Shown here: positions 17,859 to 34,250 of the stretch, piece after piece | How positions within the stretch are numbered: the first letter of the stretch is position 1 | Layout: each line of letters starts with the position of its first letter | Source of the DNA: Eledone cirrhosa | Taxonomy: Eukaryota | DNA: 64,000 nt | Reading direction: 5' to 3' | NCBI GenBank assembly: GCA_964016885.1 | Contig: OZ024742.1 | Location: 308,078,001-308,142,000 of the forward strand | The notes under the pieces: model-generated | What the model was told of the DNA's origin: nothing | What the model saw: only the letters and a program-made list of their open reading frames with translations | Databases searched by the model: none | Made by a program: the position numbers and the translations under genes

Positions 17859-17966
<108 letters not shown>

Positions 17967-18010
17967 ATATATATATATATATATACATATATATATACAT
18001 ATATATATAC

Positions 18011-18074
<64 letters not shown>

Positions 18075-18593
18075 ATATATACATATATATACATATATAC
18101 ATATATATACATATATATACATGTATATAAATATATTTATATATGTGTGTGCGTGTGTGTGTGCGTGCGTGTGTGTTTGTGTGGAAGTGGGGAGGTGTCT
18201 ACTGTCAAGTAAGGCATTTAATACGTTCCTAGACTATAGGTATGTTAATTTGTTTATAGACGTGACTTATACAGAACTATACCTGTTTTCTAAAGATCTC
18301 TTACGAACAAAACAGTTCTAGTAGACATTTCTATAATATAATTAATCTGTATATATCCAACATCGAGTGTCCCAGTTGTTAAACAAAGACTTACTCGGGA
18401 AATTCACGTGAAATTAGTTGGGCATTCCACAGGCTTATGACATTAAGTCTCACACAATATGTGATAAGACTAACATGTGAATACTACGGAAAATTCAAAT
18501 TTTCCAGATGAGTGAACTGGAGCAATGTAAAATAATTTGGTGTGTGTTGAAGACTAGGGATGATCTATATCTATCTATATATATCTATATAAT

Positions 18594-18680
<87 letters not shown>

Positions 18681-18681
18681 C

Positions 18682-19075
18682 GATAAAAGGAATTCCAACT
18701 TTGTCTGATTTACTCGTTTTATTTACAATCCTTTAAAATTATAATGATATTATAATGAAATAGTATGGTAGAATATTAAATGTTAAGTGTTAATTGAACA
18801 AGTGCTTTCGCAATCTTCAGGTTCATATTTCTGTGGTGACAGTTAAGTTTGCAATTTTCAACTGTGAAAATTGCAAACTTAACTGTCACCACAGAAATGT
18901 GAACCTGAAGATTGCGAAAGCACTTGTTCAATTAACACTTAACATTTAATATTCTACCATACTATTTCATTATAATATCATTATAATTTTAAAGGATTGT
19001 AAATAAAACGAGTAAATCAGACAAAGTTGGAATTCCTTTTATCAATATAATCTTCTATACACACCCGTGTATATT
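18682..19075 (+). mobile_element. Fold-back element family B (179-bp-arm hairpin + ~30-bp tail) in (TA)n
   Basis: Arms 18682-18860 and 18865-19043, loop ACTG, one mismatch seen. Confidence 0.9.
18900..18930 (+). ncRNA. Minimal type I hammerhead motif (family B; mirrored on the - strand in the left arm)
   Basis: tgaac-CTGAAGA-ttgc-GAAA-gcac-TT-gttca; stem I tgaac/gttca. Confidence 0.7.
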
Positions 19076-19221
19076 TATATATATATATACATATAGATCG
19101 ATAGATAGATAAATAGACGAGAGACAGATCGATAGATAGATAGAAGGATTGATAGTCAGACAGATAGACCGATAGATAGATATATAGAGAGAGGGGTGGG
19201 AGAAGGAGAGATGGAAGTGAC

Positions 19222-19272
19222 ATCTACATGACTAGAACTGTTTCCTTCAAATGTAATCATCAGGTATGTCAG
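19222..19272 (-). mobile_element. Family F copy with hammerhead core
   Basis: Minus strand: acatacCTGATGAttacatttgaagGAAAcagttcTAgtcatgt. Confidence 0.5.
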
Positions 19273-19546
19273 ATTAAATTGGTCAGTGTCGTTAACTATA
19301 GGTGTCTTTGCTGTAGATGTTGAGAGGGGAAATGGGGAAAGGAGATATGAGGGCGTGGTGGAAGTGAGGGGTAGCGGGGAAAAAAGGAGACGAGGAATAA
19401 AGAAGAAGAATTGAAGGAAAGGAGGGAAGGTGTAATGAAAGAAAACATTTTTGATTGTCGGTGTGTGTATATATAGTTATACATATATATAATATATATA
19501 TAATATGTATTATATATATATATATAATACATATTATAAATATATA

Positions 19547-19581
<35 letters not shown>

Positions 19582-19636
19582 CATATTATGTATATATATA
19601 TATATATTTATATGTGTATATATATATATAATACAG

Positions 19637-19671
<35 letters not shown>

Positions 19672-19761
19672 CATATTATGTATATATATATATATATATA
19701 TACACACGCACACACACACGCACACACACACGCGCACACACACACAGACACAGACACACAC

Positions 19762-19839
<78 letters not shown>

Positions 19840-19847
19840 GTATTATG

Positions 19848-20032
19848 AAATAATTTACTTTTGGCACAAGGCCAGCAATTACACCAGTGTATTACTGGTA
19901 CTTTATTTTATCGACCCCGTAAGGATAAAAGCCAACGTTAACCTCAGTGGGATTTGAACTCACACCATAAAGGGCCGAAACTCCATGCTGCAAGGCATGG
20001 TGTCTGACCCTATACCGATACTGCCAATCCAC
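19848..20032 (-). mobile_element. SINE family 1
   Basis: Same A/B boxes and body as 12192-12378. Confidence 0.85.
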
Positions 20033-20279
20033 ATCAAATAATATTATGACAACAGTAAGAGGCAGCAGTGAATGAAATCATACCGTCATGCATTTATGAA
20101 CCTATTACTGCCTTCTATTTTACTATGTTGAATTTTATTATATGATACCAAAACTACATTTATTAAATATATTAAATCTTCGAGAAATTCTATTTGATCA
20201 GAAAACACATTATACGATGTGATACTTCTGAATACCTGGGTGTATACATTAACATTCACAGACACACACACTTACATGC

Positions 20280-20365
20280 ATATATGTATATATATATGTA
20301 TATATATATGTCTGTGTGTATCTACATGCGTATGTGTGTGTGTGTATATATATATATATATACAC

Positions 20366-20418
<53 letters not shown>

Positions 20419-20575
20419 CATATATATATACATATACATATATATACATATATATATACATATGTATATACATATATATATATATATACATACATATATA
20501 TATACATATGTATATACATCTATATATATATATACATATATACATATATATGTAGATATATATACATATATGTAG

Positions 20576-20608
<33 letters not shown>

Positions 20609-20626
20609 TACATATATATATATATG

Positions 20627-20682
<56 letters not shown>

Positions 20683-20714
20683 CATATATATATATATGTA
20701 TATATATATATCTG

Positions 20715-20768
<54 letters not shown>

Positions 20769-20796
20769 CATATATATATATATATGTATATATATA

Positions 20797-20852
<56 letters not shown>

Positions 20853-20907
20853 TATATACATATATATATACATATATATATACATATATATATATATACA
20901 TATATAT

Positions 20908-20938
<31 letters not shown>

Positions 20939-20965
20939 CATATATATACATATACATATATATAC

Positions 20966-20997
<32 letters not shown>

Positions 20998-21119
20998 ACA
21001 CATATATATACATATATACTTATATACATATATATATATATGTATATATGTGTATATATATATATATATATGCATATATATATATATACATACATATATA
21101 TATATGTGTATATATATAT
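20280..21119. repeat. (TA)n tract with CA/TG interruptions
   Basis: Direct reading. Confidence 0.95.
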
Positions 21120-21310
21120 TGTAGTTTATTTTTCATACCTAATCGAAGCAACAGATCAATACACGAGTTACAGAATCTTCGTATTTTCACATTTTCTCTT
21201 TCTTTCTCTCACCCGACCTACATTTTCTTACTGTCCCTCTCCCTCACTCTTTCTCTTTCTCTTTCCCTCTCTCCCTCCCCCCTCTCTTTCTCTGTATATA
21301 TATATATATA

Positions 21311-21349
<39 letters not shown>

Positions 21350-21494
21350 TGTGTGTGTGTGTGTGTGTGTGTACATTCAAACATTAACTGGATACTCGTA
21401 GGCAGTGTATCTACATACGTATATATATATATATATATGTAGGTTTTGCACTTTCCTGTTGACAACTGTTTTTAGGCCTTATATCATGTTACCT

Positions 21495-21564
21495 TATTTT
21501 ATCTGATGAGAACACAATGTTTGTTCCAGGGTGATGTTGTTTTCGAAATGCACATAATAAAATA
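21495..21564 (+). ncRNA. Type I hammerhead ribozyme (family J, in a ~165-bp island between TA runs, 21439-21603)
   Basis: tattttat-CTGATGA-gaacacaat...gttgttttc-GAAA-tgcaca-TA-ataaaata; stem I is a perfect 8 bp. Confidence 0.75.
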
Positions 21565-21596
21565 TATGGAACTTCTTTAATCATCTTTTAATTTCT

Positions 21597-21651
<55 letters not shown>

Positions 21652-21952
21652 TATATATATAAATAATAAATGTGAAGACTATATTCCGAAGAGGAGACGA
21701 TAAGGAATATATATATATATATTATATATATAAACCCGTATATATATATAATTGTTTCTACTTTTGGCACAAGGATATATAATGAATGTGTGTGTGTGAT
21801 TGTGGGTAACAATTCATGACAATTCATTGCACGCTATTGTTTTAGACCTGGCAGAGTGCCATCATGATTGACGAGGAGAAATATGTAGACACTTCCTTAA
21901 GTTCTTCAGAAGAATTATTGCTGTCTCTCCCGCGTCACTTGGATCTGTTTTC

Positions 21953-22074
21953 GGGTAGTAGAGTGGGTAATAGGAAAATGTATGACCCCGACTGCAGAAC
22001 TCAAGCCGTTTCGAGTCTAGAAATAGCTGTCGAAACGGCTTAAGCTCTGCCGTCGGGGTCATACATTTTCCTAT
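21953..22074 (-). mobile_element. Family A copy, truncated tail, shortened apex
   Basis: gggtagtagagtgggtaataggaaaatgtatgaccccgac...gtcggggtcatacattttcctat. Confidence 0.8.
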
Positions 22075-22113
22075 ATATAGTATATATATAGTATATATAT
22101 ATATATAGTATAT

Positions 22114-22172
<59 letters not shown>

Positions 22173-22671
22173 TATATATATATATATATATAGTATATAT
22201 ATATATATATACTATATATATTTATACTATATATATATATACTATATATATATATATATACTATATAGATATATATATATACTATATATAGATATATACT
22301 ATATATATATATACTATATATATATATATACTATATATATATATATATATACTATATAGATATATATATATACTATATATATATATACAATATATACTAT
22401 ATATATATATAGTATATATATATATATATCCATACATATATATATATATATACTATATATATATATATATACATATATACTATATATATATATATATACA
22501 TATATATATACAATATATACATATATATATAGTATATATATATATCCATACACATATATATATATATATATATACTATATATATATATATACAATATATA
22601 CTATATATATATATAGTATATATATATATATCCATAAATATATATAATATATACATATATATATATATATA

Positions 22672-22703
<32 letters not shown>

Positions 22704-22820
22704 TCTCGGTCTCTCTCTATATATATACATACATATATATGTGTATATATAATTATACATATGCACAAGCAATATTTATTAGAAAGCTGTTGAAGTGTGC
22801 ATATATTTTGGGAGGACACA

Positions 22821-22914
<94 letters not shown>

Positions 22915-22945
22915 ATATACATATATATATATATATATATACACA
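22075..22945. repeat. (TA)n tract with TAG/TAC interruptions, including a Tc1/mariner TIR remnant at 22771-22825
   Basis: Direct reading; aatatttattagaaagctgttgaagtgtgc...ggaggacacactgta is repeated at 23329-23379. Confidence 0.85.
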
Positions 22946-23226
22946 CATACAAGTAAATATATATGTAAATATGTAAGTGTGTGCGTATGAGGAGGTGTAG
23001 ATACGGTAGAAAATATTATTTACAGAGCTGTAAATTAATTTTTCTGCTGTAATATGTGTATGTCTTTAATTGGTAAAGCAACGGCTTCAAGTTACATTAG
23101 TTTTTTAAAACCTGAGTTACATGTAGACCTACACACATACTTACATACTTTCACCTGTAAGTGTGTGTATATATATATATATTTATTTATTTACTTATTT
23201 AGAAATAGAACCCTACGCACACACTG

Positions 23227-23258
<32 letters not shown>

Positions 23259-23277
23259 GTATAAATATACATACATA

Positions 23278-23375
23278 TATAGGGTGGCACCTCTAAAATG
23301 TATATACACTTTAATCAACTGTACAGGAAATATTTATTAGAAAGCTGTTGAAGTGTGCATTTTTGGAGGACACAC

Positions 23376-23379
<4 letters not shown>
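23278..23379. mobile_element. ~100-bp Tc1/mariner-type MITE
   Basis: The right end reads TA-cagtgtgtcctccaaaaatgcacact on the minus strand; the left end tatagggtggcacctctaaaatgtatatacact is a decayed TIR; TA flanks. Confidence 0.6.
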
Positions 23380-23441
<62 letters not shown>

Positions 23442-23705
23442 ACCGCGATGAATTAGTTTTGCGCGGTTTTTGATATGAAATAGTGTGTCGAAACAAACAT
23501 TGTTATACTTGGGGAGGGTCATATTTGTGTAATATTGCCAGAATTAATAACAGAACACACTCACTGTTTGGTTGGTTTTCGCTTCTGTGTCTTTTATATC
23601 GGTAATCTAATTTATTCGGTCCTCAATGTTGCCAATATATATATATATATATTGGGAATGTGTGTCTTTGTATGTGGCTTTGTATATGTTTCTGTGAAAG
23701 CATAT

Positions 23706-23768
<63 letters not shown>

Positions 23769-23804
23769 AACATACATACATACATACATACATACATACA
23801 TACA

Positions 23805-23837
<33 letters not shown>

Positions 23838-23975
23838 GCGAGAAAAACCACAAAACCTCCATCTCAATTCTACTTTTGAAAAGCACAAGTACTGCGAAAC
23901 CGGTAAATGAACCAAATAAATATATTTAAAAAAAAAATGACTCCAGTTGCATTTTCGATTTCATATTTTTTCCTT
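23838..23975 (+). mobile_element. Family G element with the 3' half of a hammerhead
   Basis: gcGAAA-ccgg-TA (palindromic ACCGGT). Reverse copies at 34122-34250 and 59191-59358; all end in (TA)n. Confidence 0.65.
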
Positions 23976-23991
23976 ATATATATATAATATA

Positions 23992-24035
<44 letters not shown>

Positions 24036-24127
24036 AAGTGGTAAAAACCAGTTAGACCATTACTCACCATGCGTTCGGATCTAGCTGTTGAAGCGACAGG
24101 ATCTCAGTCATCGGTCCCGAACTCTTC

Positions 24128-24166
<39 letters not shown>

Positions 24167-24970
24167 TGATTTGTTATTTTGCTTCGTAAGTCTGGAGGAA
24201 GTGCCAGTATTCCTGACCTTCAAAACCCCTCCCAGACTGGAGTAGGATTCGTAATACACTTATACATTTAGTCCCTTTAGCACACACCCTCCCACATTTT
24301 ACTTGTGAGTCTATATTTTACAACGAAAGTTCATGTATAAATGTATATTGTAATCTACTTAATCTATGCTATTGACATATATAGGCATGCCCGAGCAAAA
24401 CTGGTTAATATATCTATATGTGATAGGAAATATATCCCCTGTTTCAAACGGTCGTTAAATATTTCAGTAAACGTTGGTGAGTGCATATTATTTGTGTATA
24501 TGTTCCGGGTACATACATGTACATATAGTGTATATGCTGTACGTATTAGAATAGATCGATTTAGAAAAAAACGTAATTATTTACCCAATACCCTCACCCT
24601 ACCTTTAACAGGGTCAGTTAAGGCGTTGTTATCAGCCCTGCCTTCCGCTGTCCTCATTTATGGTCAAATACAACACACAAATCAGACAATGGTGATATAA
24701 CTCTCACATCTTCACAAATATACACACCATCTCTCTCTCACCCCCCTCTCTCTATCTCTCTATCTCTTTCCCTCTCTTTCGCTGTATATCTCTCTCTCTC
24801 TTGCTGAGTTTATCTGGTTCTCTCTCATTTCGCACTCATTGTCTTCACAAAGTCTGTTGTGATTTCAAACTATGTACACAAACATAAGTATGTATAAAGC
24901 AAACATCTCGCAAATTTGCGATATACACATATATATATATATACATACATAAATACATACATATATACAT

Positions 24971-25077
<107 letters not shown>

Positions 25078-25500
25078 TGCCTGTATATATATATTGGGGG
25101 TGTATTTGTGTTTATTGTGTATTTACGCTGTGGTATACAGGTTCCTCTAATTTCCATTATCTGTTTGAGGAACCTGTATCAGCTATGAGAAACTATTAAT
25201 CTCTAGCGGGATTAAGAAAATATTCTCTCGTTCACCAATATTGATTTCTAATTCAGACACAAGGCCAAAATATTTTGTTTGATATTTTACTTCATCGATC
25301 CCGGAAGAAAGACTAAGTTGACATCGGCTCGATTTGAACTCAGAATATAAACAGCCAGAACAACTAGCAAAATCACTATTATCCGACGGTCTACCAATTC
25401 TACCGATCCATAAACGTACATACACACGTGTGCGCGCACACACTCACACACACATATATATAAATATGTGTGTGTGTGTGCTGAGCGTGTCTGTACCTAA

Positions 25501-25583
<83 letters not shown>

Positions 25584-26311
25584 AGTACTGGGGCCGACTC
25601 TTCCTCTCTCGGGAGGGATGGGCTCCGCCAGGCTTAAAATACCCAAGAAACGCCGTATGTCAATACAGCGCCCCTACGACTCTATCGTCTCTGTTTTTTT
25701 GTTTTTATTTTTGCTTTTTTTGTTGTTGTTTCCTTCCCTAATAACTACCTCGTACTTATTAACGCACTATGGTGAGATGTACTGCTTTAATGCGTCGAAA
25801 GACCAGCGACACACAGCAGACAGCCGAAGTGCGGGAATTGTCCTTATGTTTTTGTTTCTCTTACATTTTCTAAACAATATATAAATTTATAGGAATTTAA
25901 CAGAAATTGTATTTTACATAAACGGAATATAGAATCTCAATTGTGGTTTTATTAAGGATATATTAAAACGCTTCTTCTCTTTCTTGCCCTCTCTGCTTAC
26001 TATCACCATCTCTCAGTATCGGTATAATAAATAATGCAGAAAACCTTTTCTTAACTCAAAATATGGGCGTTTTCCACTCTGCATAAAAACTTATGTCTTG
26101 TTATCCATCTCTATAACGCCTTTGCGTCTAAAATGTTGTCCGTTTTTATTTTATTGTCTACGAGAAGTATCAAATCTGGGGTATTTCCAACTATTGACAA
26201 ATCAATATTAAGACTGATTATTGGAAAATCATTTCATTGGGGGAGGTGAAGAGGTGACATTACGATATCTGATCCACGTCATCATCAGTAACCATGCCAT
26301 ATATGTGTGTG

Positions 26312-26356
<45 letters not shown>

Positions 26357-26359
<3 letters not shown>

Positions 26360-26460
26360 GTGTAGTAAGATACCAGGTGAACCATAACGCACCAGAGTAG
26401 TCGATACTTATGGTATTAGAGTGGAATGGGTAATATGAAAAGATTGAATCTTTTCATATT
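26357..26460 (-). mobile_element. Family A copy with a short hairpin
   Basis: Tail matches 16703; hairpin aatatgaaaagatt-g-aatcttttcatatt. Confidence 0.75.
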
Positions 26461-26472
26461 TATATATATAAA

Positions 26473-26868
26473 TATACAGGGGTGTGTATGAGTGTGTATA
26501 GAAGGTTATATTAATAAAAGGAATTCCAAATTTGTCAGATTTACTCGTTTTATTTACAATCCTTTAAAATTATAATGATATTATAATGAAATAGTATGGT
26601 AGTATATTAAATGTTAAGTGTTAATTGAACAAGTGCTTTCGCAATCTTCAGGTTCATATTTCTGTGGTGACAGTCAAGTTTGCAATTTTCAGAAAATTGC
26701 AAACTTGATTGTCACCACAGGAATATAAACCTGAAGATTGCGAAAGCATGAAAGTACTTGTTCATTTAACATTTAATATTCTACCATACTATTTCATTAT
26801 AATATCATTATAATTTTAAAGGATTTTAAATAAAACGAGTAAATCATACAAAGTTTGAATTCATTTTA

Positions 26869-26875
<7 letters not shown>
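26473..26875 (-). mobile_element. Fold-back element family B, second copy in opposite orientation
   Basis: Tail on the left, arms ~26508-26690 and 26692-26875, 1-nt apex; hammerhead motif intact on the - strand of the left arm. Confidence 0.9.
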
Positions 26876-26917
<42 letters not shown>

Positions 26918-26923
26918 ATGTGT

Positions 26924-26995
<72 letters not shown>

Positions 26996-27123
26996 AAATA
27001 AAGTACCAGTAATATACTGGATAATTGCTGGTCTTGTGCCAAAAGTAGAAGCAATTATATATATTATATATATTAGATATATATATATATGTTATATTAT
27101 ATGTATATATACACATATATATA

Positions 27124-27578
27124 TGGTGGCTGCCAACTCGTTTTCGAGTACAGCCACTACTTTATATCCATGTAGGAGAACCCCTACCGATGCGCTGAAC
27201 GAGTGTGACTTTTTAGTCCAGCCAGCGACTTAAAACTCTGGTACAAACACTACACTTGTGACAATTATTGACACATAGTGCTGGGCCCATGGTACCATGT
27301 GACGACAAGTGCAGAGAGATCTACAGATATAAAGCAATGCCTGTGCCGTGAAGCTTTTATAGTGAGCATAGGCACTGCACAAAGCCAGTCCCACTCTCTT
27401 AACCAAGATGATATTTACCAAAAAGAAGAACAAGTCAACATCATTGGATACCATCAGGGTTGCAGGTGTTATATCAGAGTTTTCCTTCTCCAAGAATTCT
27501 GCCTTGACAAAGGCTAAGGGGTCATCTCTGCCGGTGATTTTGGATGGTCATTGACTCATAAGAGCTCCTTTGCCCTTT
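27124..27578 (-). mobile_element. Non-autonomous RTE-like retroelement, 5'-truncated copy
   Basis: Closely similar to 59448-59900. Confidence 0.75.
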
Positions 27579-27586
27579 CATATATA

Positions 27587-27629
<43 letters not shown>

Positions 27630-27673
27630 TATATATATGTATATGTATATATATATATATGTATATATATATG

Positions 27674-27725
<52 letters not shown>

Positions 27726-27727
<2 letters not shown>

Positions 27728-28086
27728 TACACCCAAGGCTTGGGCCCCGTGCTATCCGTCCCATTCAAAAATCTAAATCGCAACTCATAACAACAATACG
27801 GCACAATTATTTCACCTCAATCGGCCCTGCTCTCTTCAACATCACACCAGGACACGTCAAAACAGAAACTGACCACACAAAATTCAAGAAGTCTTTGGAC
27901 AAATTCCTCCAAGTAATCCCGGACAAACCACCCACACCCGGATATGTCTCCGCAAACAGTAATTCTCTTCTCGAATGGGCCATGGTGCCCAAATCCTGAA
28001 TTGAAAGACTTCGCCAGGTGGTGCTATTAAGTTAGACATGGCCTGGGCCAATACTGGCCAAAACATTTCAAAGTTATTCAAAGTTA
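27726..28086 (+). mobile_element. CR1-group LINE 3' end
   Basis: Translates HPRLGPR...[16 protein letters not shown]...KFKKSLDKFLQVIPDKPPTPGY...NSLLEW*; the 3' UTR ends in (ttcaaagtta)2. Confidence 0.75.
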
Positions 28087-28096
28087 TATATATATT

Positions 28097-28151
<55 letters not shown>

Positions 28152-28162
28152 TTATATATATT

Positions 28163-28237
<75 letters not shown>

Positions 28238-28248
28238 TTATATATATT

Positions 28249-28281
<33 letters not shown>

Positions 28282-28324
28282 ATATTTATATATATTTATA
28301 TATATATATATATTTATATATATT

Positions 28325-28509
<185 letters not shown>

Positions 28510-28558
28510 ATATATATATATTGCTGATACTATCTATCGGTCGCAACTCCAGGTAGAA

Positions 28559-28679
28559 GGAGCAACGTGAAATAAAGTGTCTTGCCCAAGGACATAACGC
28601 ATCGCCTGGTCCAGGAATCGAACTCACAACCTTACGATTGCGAATCCAATTCTCTAACCACTCAGCCACACGCCTTCAC
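28559..28679 (-). mobile_element. SINE family 2, 5' head
   Basis: Minus strand: gtgaaggcgtgtggctgagtggttaga (A box)...gagttcgattcctgg (B box)...tgtccttgggcaagacacttt. Confidence 0.85.
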
Positions 28680-28680
28680 G

Positions 28681-31585
<2,905 letters not shown>

Positions 31586-32092
31586 ATAAGTTAATAAAAT
31601 AATGAAGAAACAAAGAAACAGTTCCTTATATGAAAAAAATTCATCATTTTACGATCGTTTCTAGGATATATATGTGTTAGAGTTGGTATGTATATTCTAT
31701 AAATCTATGTACAATATTTATACAAACTATCAGAGGGAATATACATACCTACACATATATATGCTGTCTTCAGAAATAATGATAATTGTTTATTGAAAAA
31801 AACAAAGATTCAATACAATAGGTCTGTTTGGGAACAGGTTTTGAATTGACCAATGCATATCAACTCTAACACATATATATCCTAGAAACGATCGTAAAAT
31901 GATGAATTTTTTTAATATAAGGAACTGTTTCTTTGTTTATTCATTATTTTATTAATTTATCTTGACTCTGTTTTCCGTTTATTTTTCACCGATAGTAGTT
32001 TTTGAATGCATCTTCTCTTTTCATGATATCCGGATTACATTGAGTTCTTCATACAGATTGGACACAACCGTAAACTTTTGGTAGATTTATCT
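31586..32092 (+). mobile_element. Fold-back element family D (105-bp inverted arms, spacer, 130-bp tail) in (TA)n
   Basis: Arms 31586-31690 and 31856-31960. Confidence 0.85.
31642..31781 (-). ncRNA. Type I hammerhead ribozyme with very long stem II
   Basis: Minus strand: cattattt-CTGAAGA-[~105-nt hairpin]-GAAA-cgatcg-TA-aaatgatg. Confidence 0.75.
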
Positions 32093-32146
32093 ACATATAT
32101 ATAAATATATATATATATATAAATATATATAAATATATATATATAG

Positions 32147-32237
<91 letters not shown>

Positions 32238-32459
32238 TATATATATATAGATAGATACATATATATATATATATGATAGATACATATATATATATATATA
32301 TAGATAGATACATATATATATATATATATAGATAGATACATATATATATATATATATATAGATAGATACATATATATATATATATAGATAGATAGATACA
32401 TATATATATATATATAGATAGATAGATACATATATATATACATATATATATATAGATAC

Positions 32460-32494
<35 letters not shown>

Positions 32495-32511
32495 GATAGA
32501 TAGATAGATAC

Positions 32512-32556
<45 letters not shown>

Positions 32557-32977
32557 CACACATATATATATATATATATATATGAATAAAGTGGTCCTTC
32601 ATCAGTGATCTTCCAACCATCATTCATCGGTATTTCTTCGCTTTAAAGGCCATATACCTCCGGTTGGTGCGAGCAACGGCTAAAGAAAGTCGTTGGGACA
32701 TGTAAATAAAGGGAACAGCGAGAGTGTAAACAAACAAAGATGGCGAAGCAACGAAAAGTGAGGAAGAGCGAGTCAAGTCCAAACATTTCCATGTATATAA
32801 GTTCGGTGACATCGTGAACGAGAGAGAATAAAGACCATCAAACCTGGTTGAAATGTGAGCAAGGAAGGAATTTCCCACAGGTCTAACGGGAGGATAAAGG
32901 GGTCTAGTCTGTGAATTCGGTAAACATAAGTTCTTCTGCGAAATCGTAGACAAGAGAGAGAAAAAATGCCGACATAC

Positions 32978-33055
<78 letters not shown>

Positions 33056-33059
<4 letters not shown>

Positions 33060-33268
33060 ATAATAATAAATTTGAAGACTAAAATTGAAAGAGGGCTCGA
33101 TGAGGATAAATATATATCAAATATATAAGAACCGTAGAGCAAATATTTATTAAAATAACAGATTTAAGTTTAAGCAAATAATCGCTGCTTTCAGCCTTCA
33201 AAAGATCCCGTTAAGGGTGAAAGCAGCGATTCTTTGCTTAAACTTTAATCTGTTATTTTAATAAATAC
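33056..33268 (-). mobile_element. Fold-back element family C, copy 1
   Basis: Tail 33056-33143, arms 33144-33193 and 33218-33267. Confidence 0.85.
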
Positions 33269-33301
<33 letters not shown>

Positions 33302-33653
33302 AAAATAGCAGATTAAAGTTTAAGCAAAAATCGCGGCTTTCACCCTTAACGGGATCTTCTGAAACTAAAAAAATCAATCTGTGAACGCAGAAGTAAATAT
33401 TACGAAAAACGTTGCAACCGAAGGAAGACAGGAAGACTATACTTTGGTTCATGGAAATGTTCCCTGGCAAAGAACGGGAAAAAAACGAAAAGAATACGTC
33501 ATTATTTGGAGCGGTGAAAGCAGCGATTCTTTGCTTAAACTTTAATCTGTTATTTTAATAAATATTCGCTGTACGGTTATTATATATTTGATATATATTT
33601 ATCCTTATCGAGCCCGCTTTGGATTTTAGTTTTCAAATTTATTATTATTACTA
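33302..33653 (+). mobile_element. Fold-back element family C, copy 2 (head-to-head with copy 1)
   Basis: Arms ~33302-33344 and 33513-33557; tail 33565-33653 is the reverse complement of copy 1's tail. Confidence 0.85.
33309..33382 (-). ncRNA. Type I hammerhead-like motif, CAGAAGA core variant
   Basis: Minus strand: cagattga...agttt-CAGAAGA-tcccgttaagggt-GAAA-gc...gc-TT-aaact-ttaatctg. Confidence 0.65.
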
Positions 33654-33949
33654 TATATATATATATATATATTCTACTATTTTTAGTCATTGGACTGCGA
33701 TGATTCTGCGTCATCGCCTCCAGATGTTAGGACGAATATATCGACTCCAGTACTTAGTTCAATTTCATACTTATTGTATTGATTATAAGTTAGTAAACAG
33801 CTTTATGGATCATAATTGGCCGCAAACACGCATCATAAATCCCACAGTACATGTACCCATAAAAACATATATACACATGCATGCATATATATATATGTAT
33901 ATATATATATACATCACACACACACACACACACACGCACACACACACAG

Positions 33950-33986
<37 letters not shown>

Positions 33987-33994
33987 GTTTTAAT

Positions 33995-34048
33995 ATAGAT
34001 GAGATTCTACAGGACTAGAACTGTTTCATTCATTAGAAATCATCAGGA
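33995..34048 (-). mobile_element. Family F copy with hammerhead core
   Basis: Minus strand: tcCTGATGAtttctaatgaatGAAAcagttcTAgtcctgtagaa. Confidence 0.6.
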
Positions 34049-34121
34049 ATTGAGTACCTTACCTACTGTGGTTACCTCCGATTCAACCCGGAATAACGTA
34101 TATATATATATATATATATAT

Positions 34122-34250
34122 AAAAGGAAAAAAGATGAAATCGAAAATACAACTGGAGTCCTTTTAATAATATTTATTTGTTTCCTTTACCGGTTTCACA
34201 GTTCAAAAGTAGAATTTCGCTTTTCAAAAGTAGAATTGAGATGGAGTGTT
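34122..34250 (-). mobile_element. Family G copy
   Basis: Reverse complement of 23860-23975, including GAAACCGGTA. Confidence 0.7.

Noticed and set aside
32583-32973. 390-bp island in TA with CTGATGA on the - strand near 32600
   Set aside because: No downstream GAAA/helix III before the TA run; probably a repeat fragment but not classifiable.
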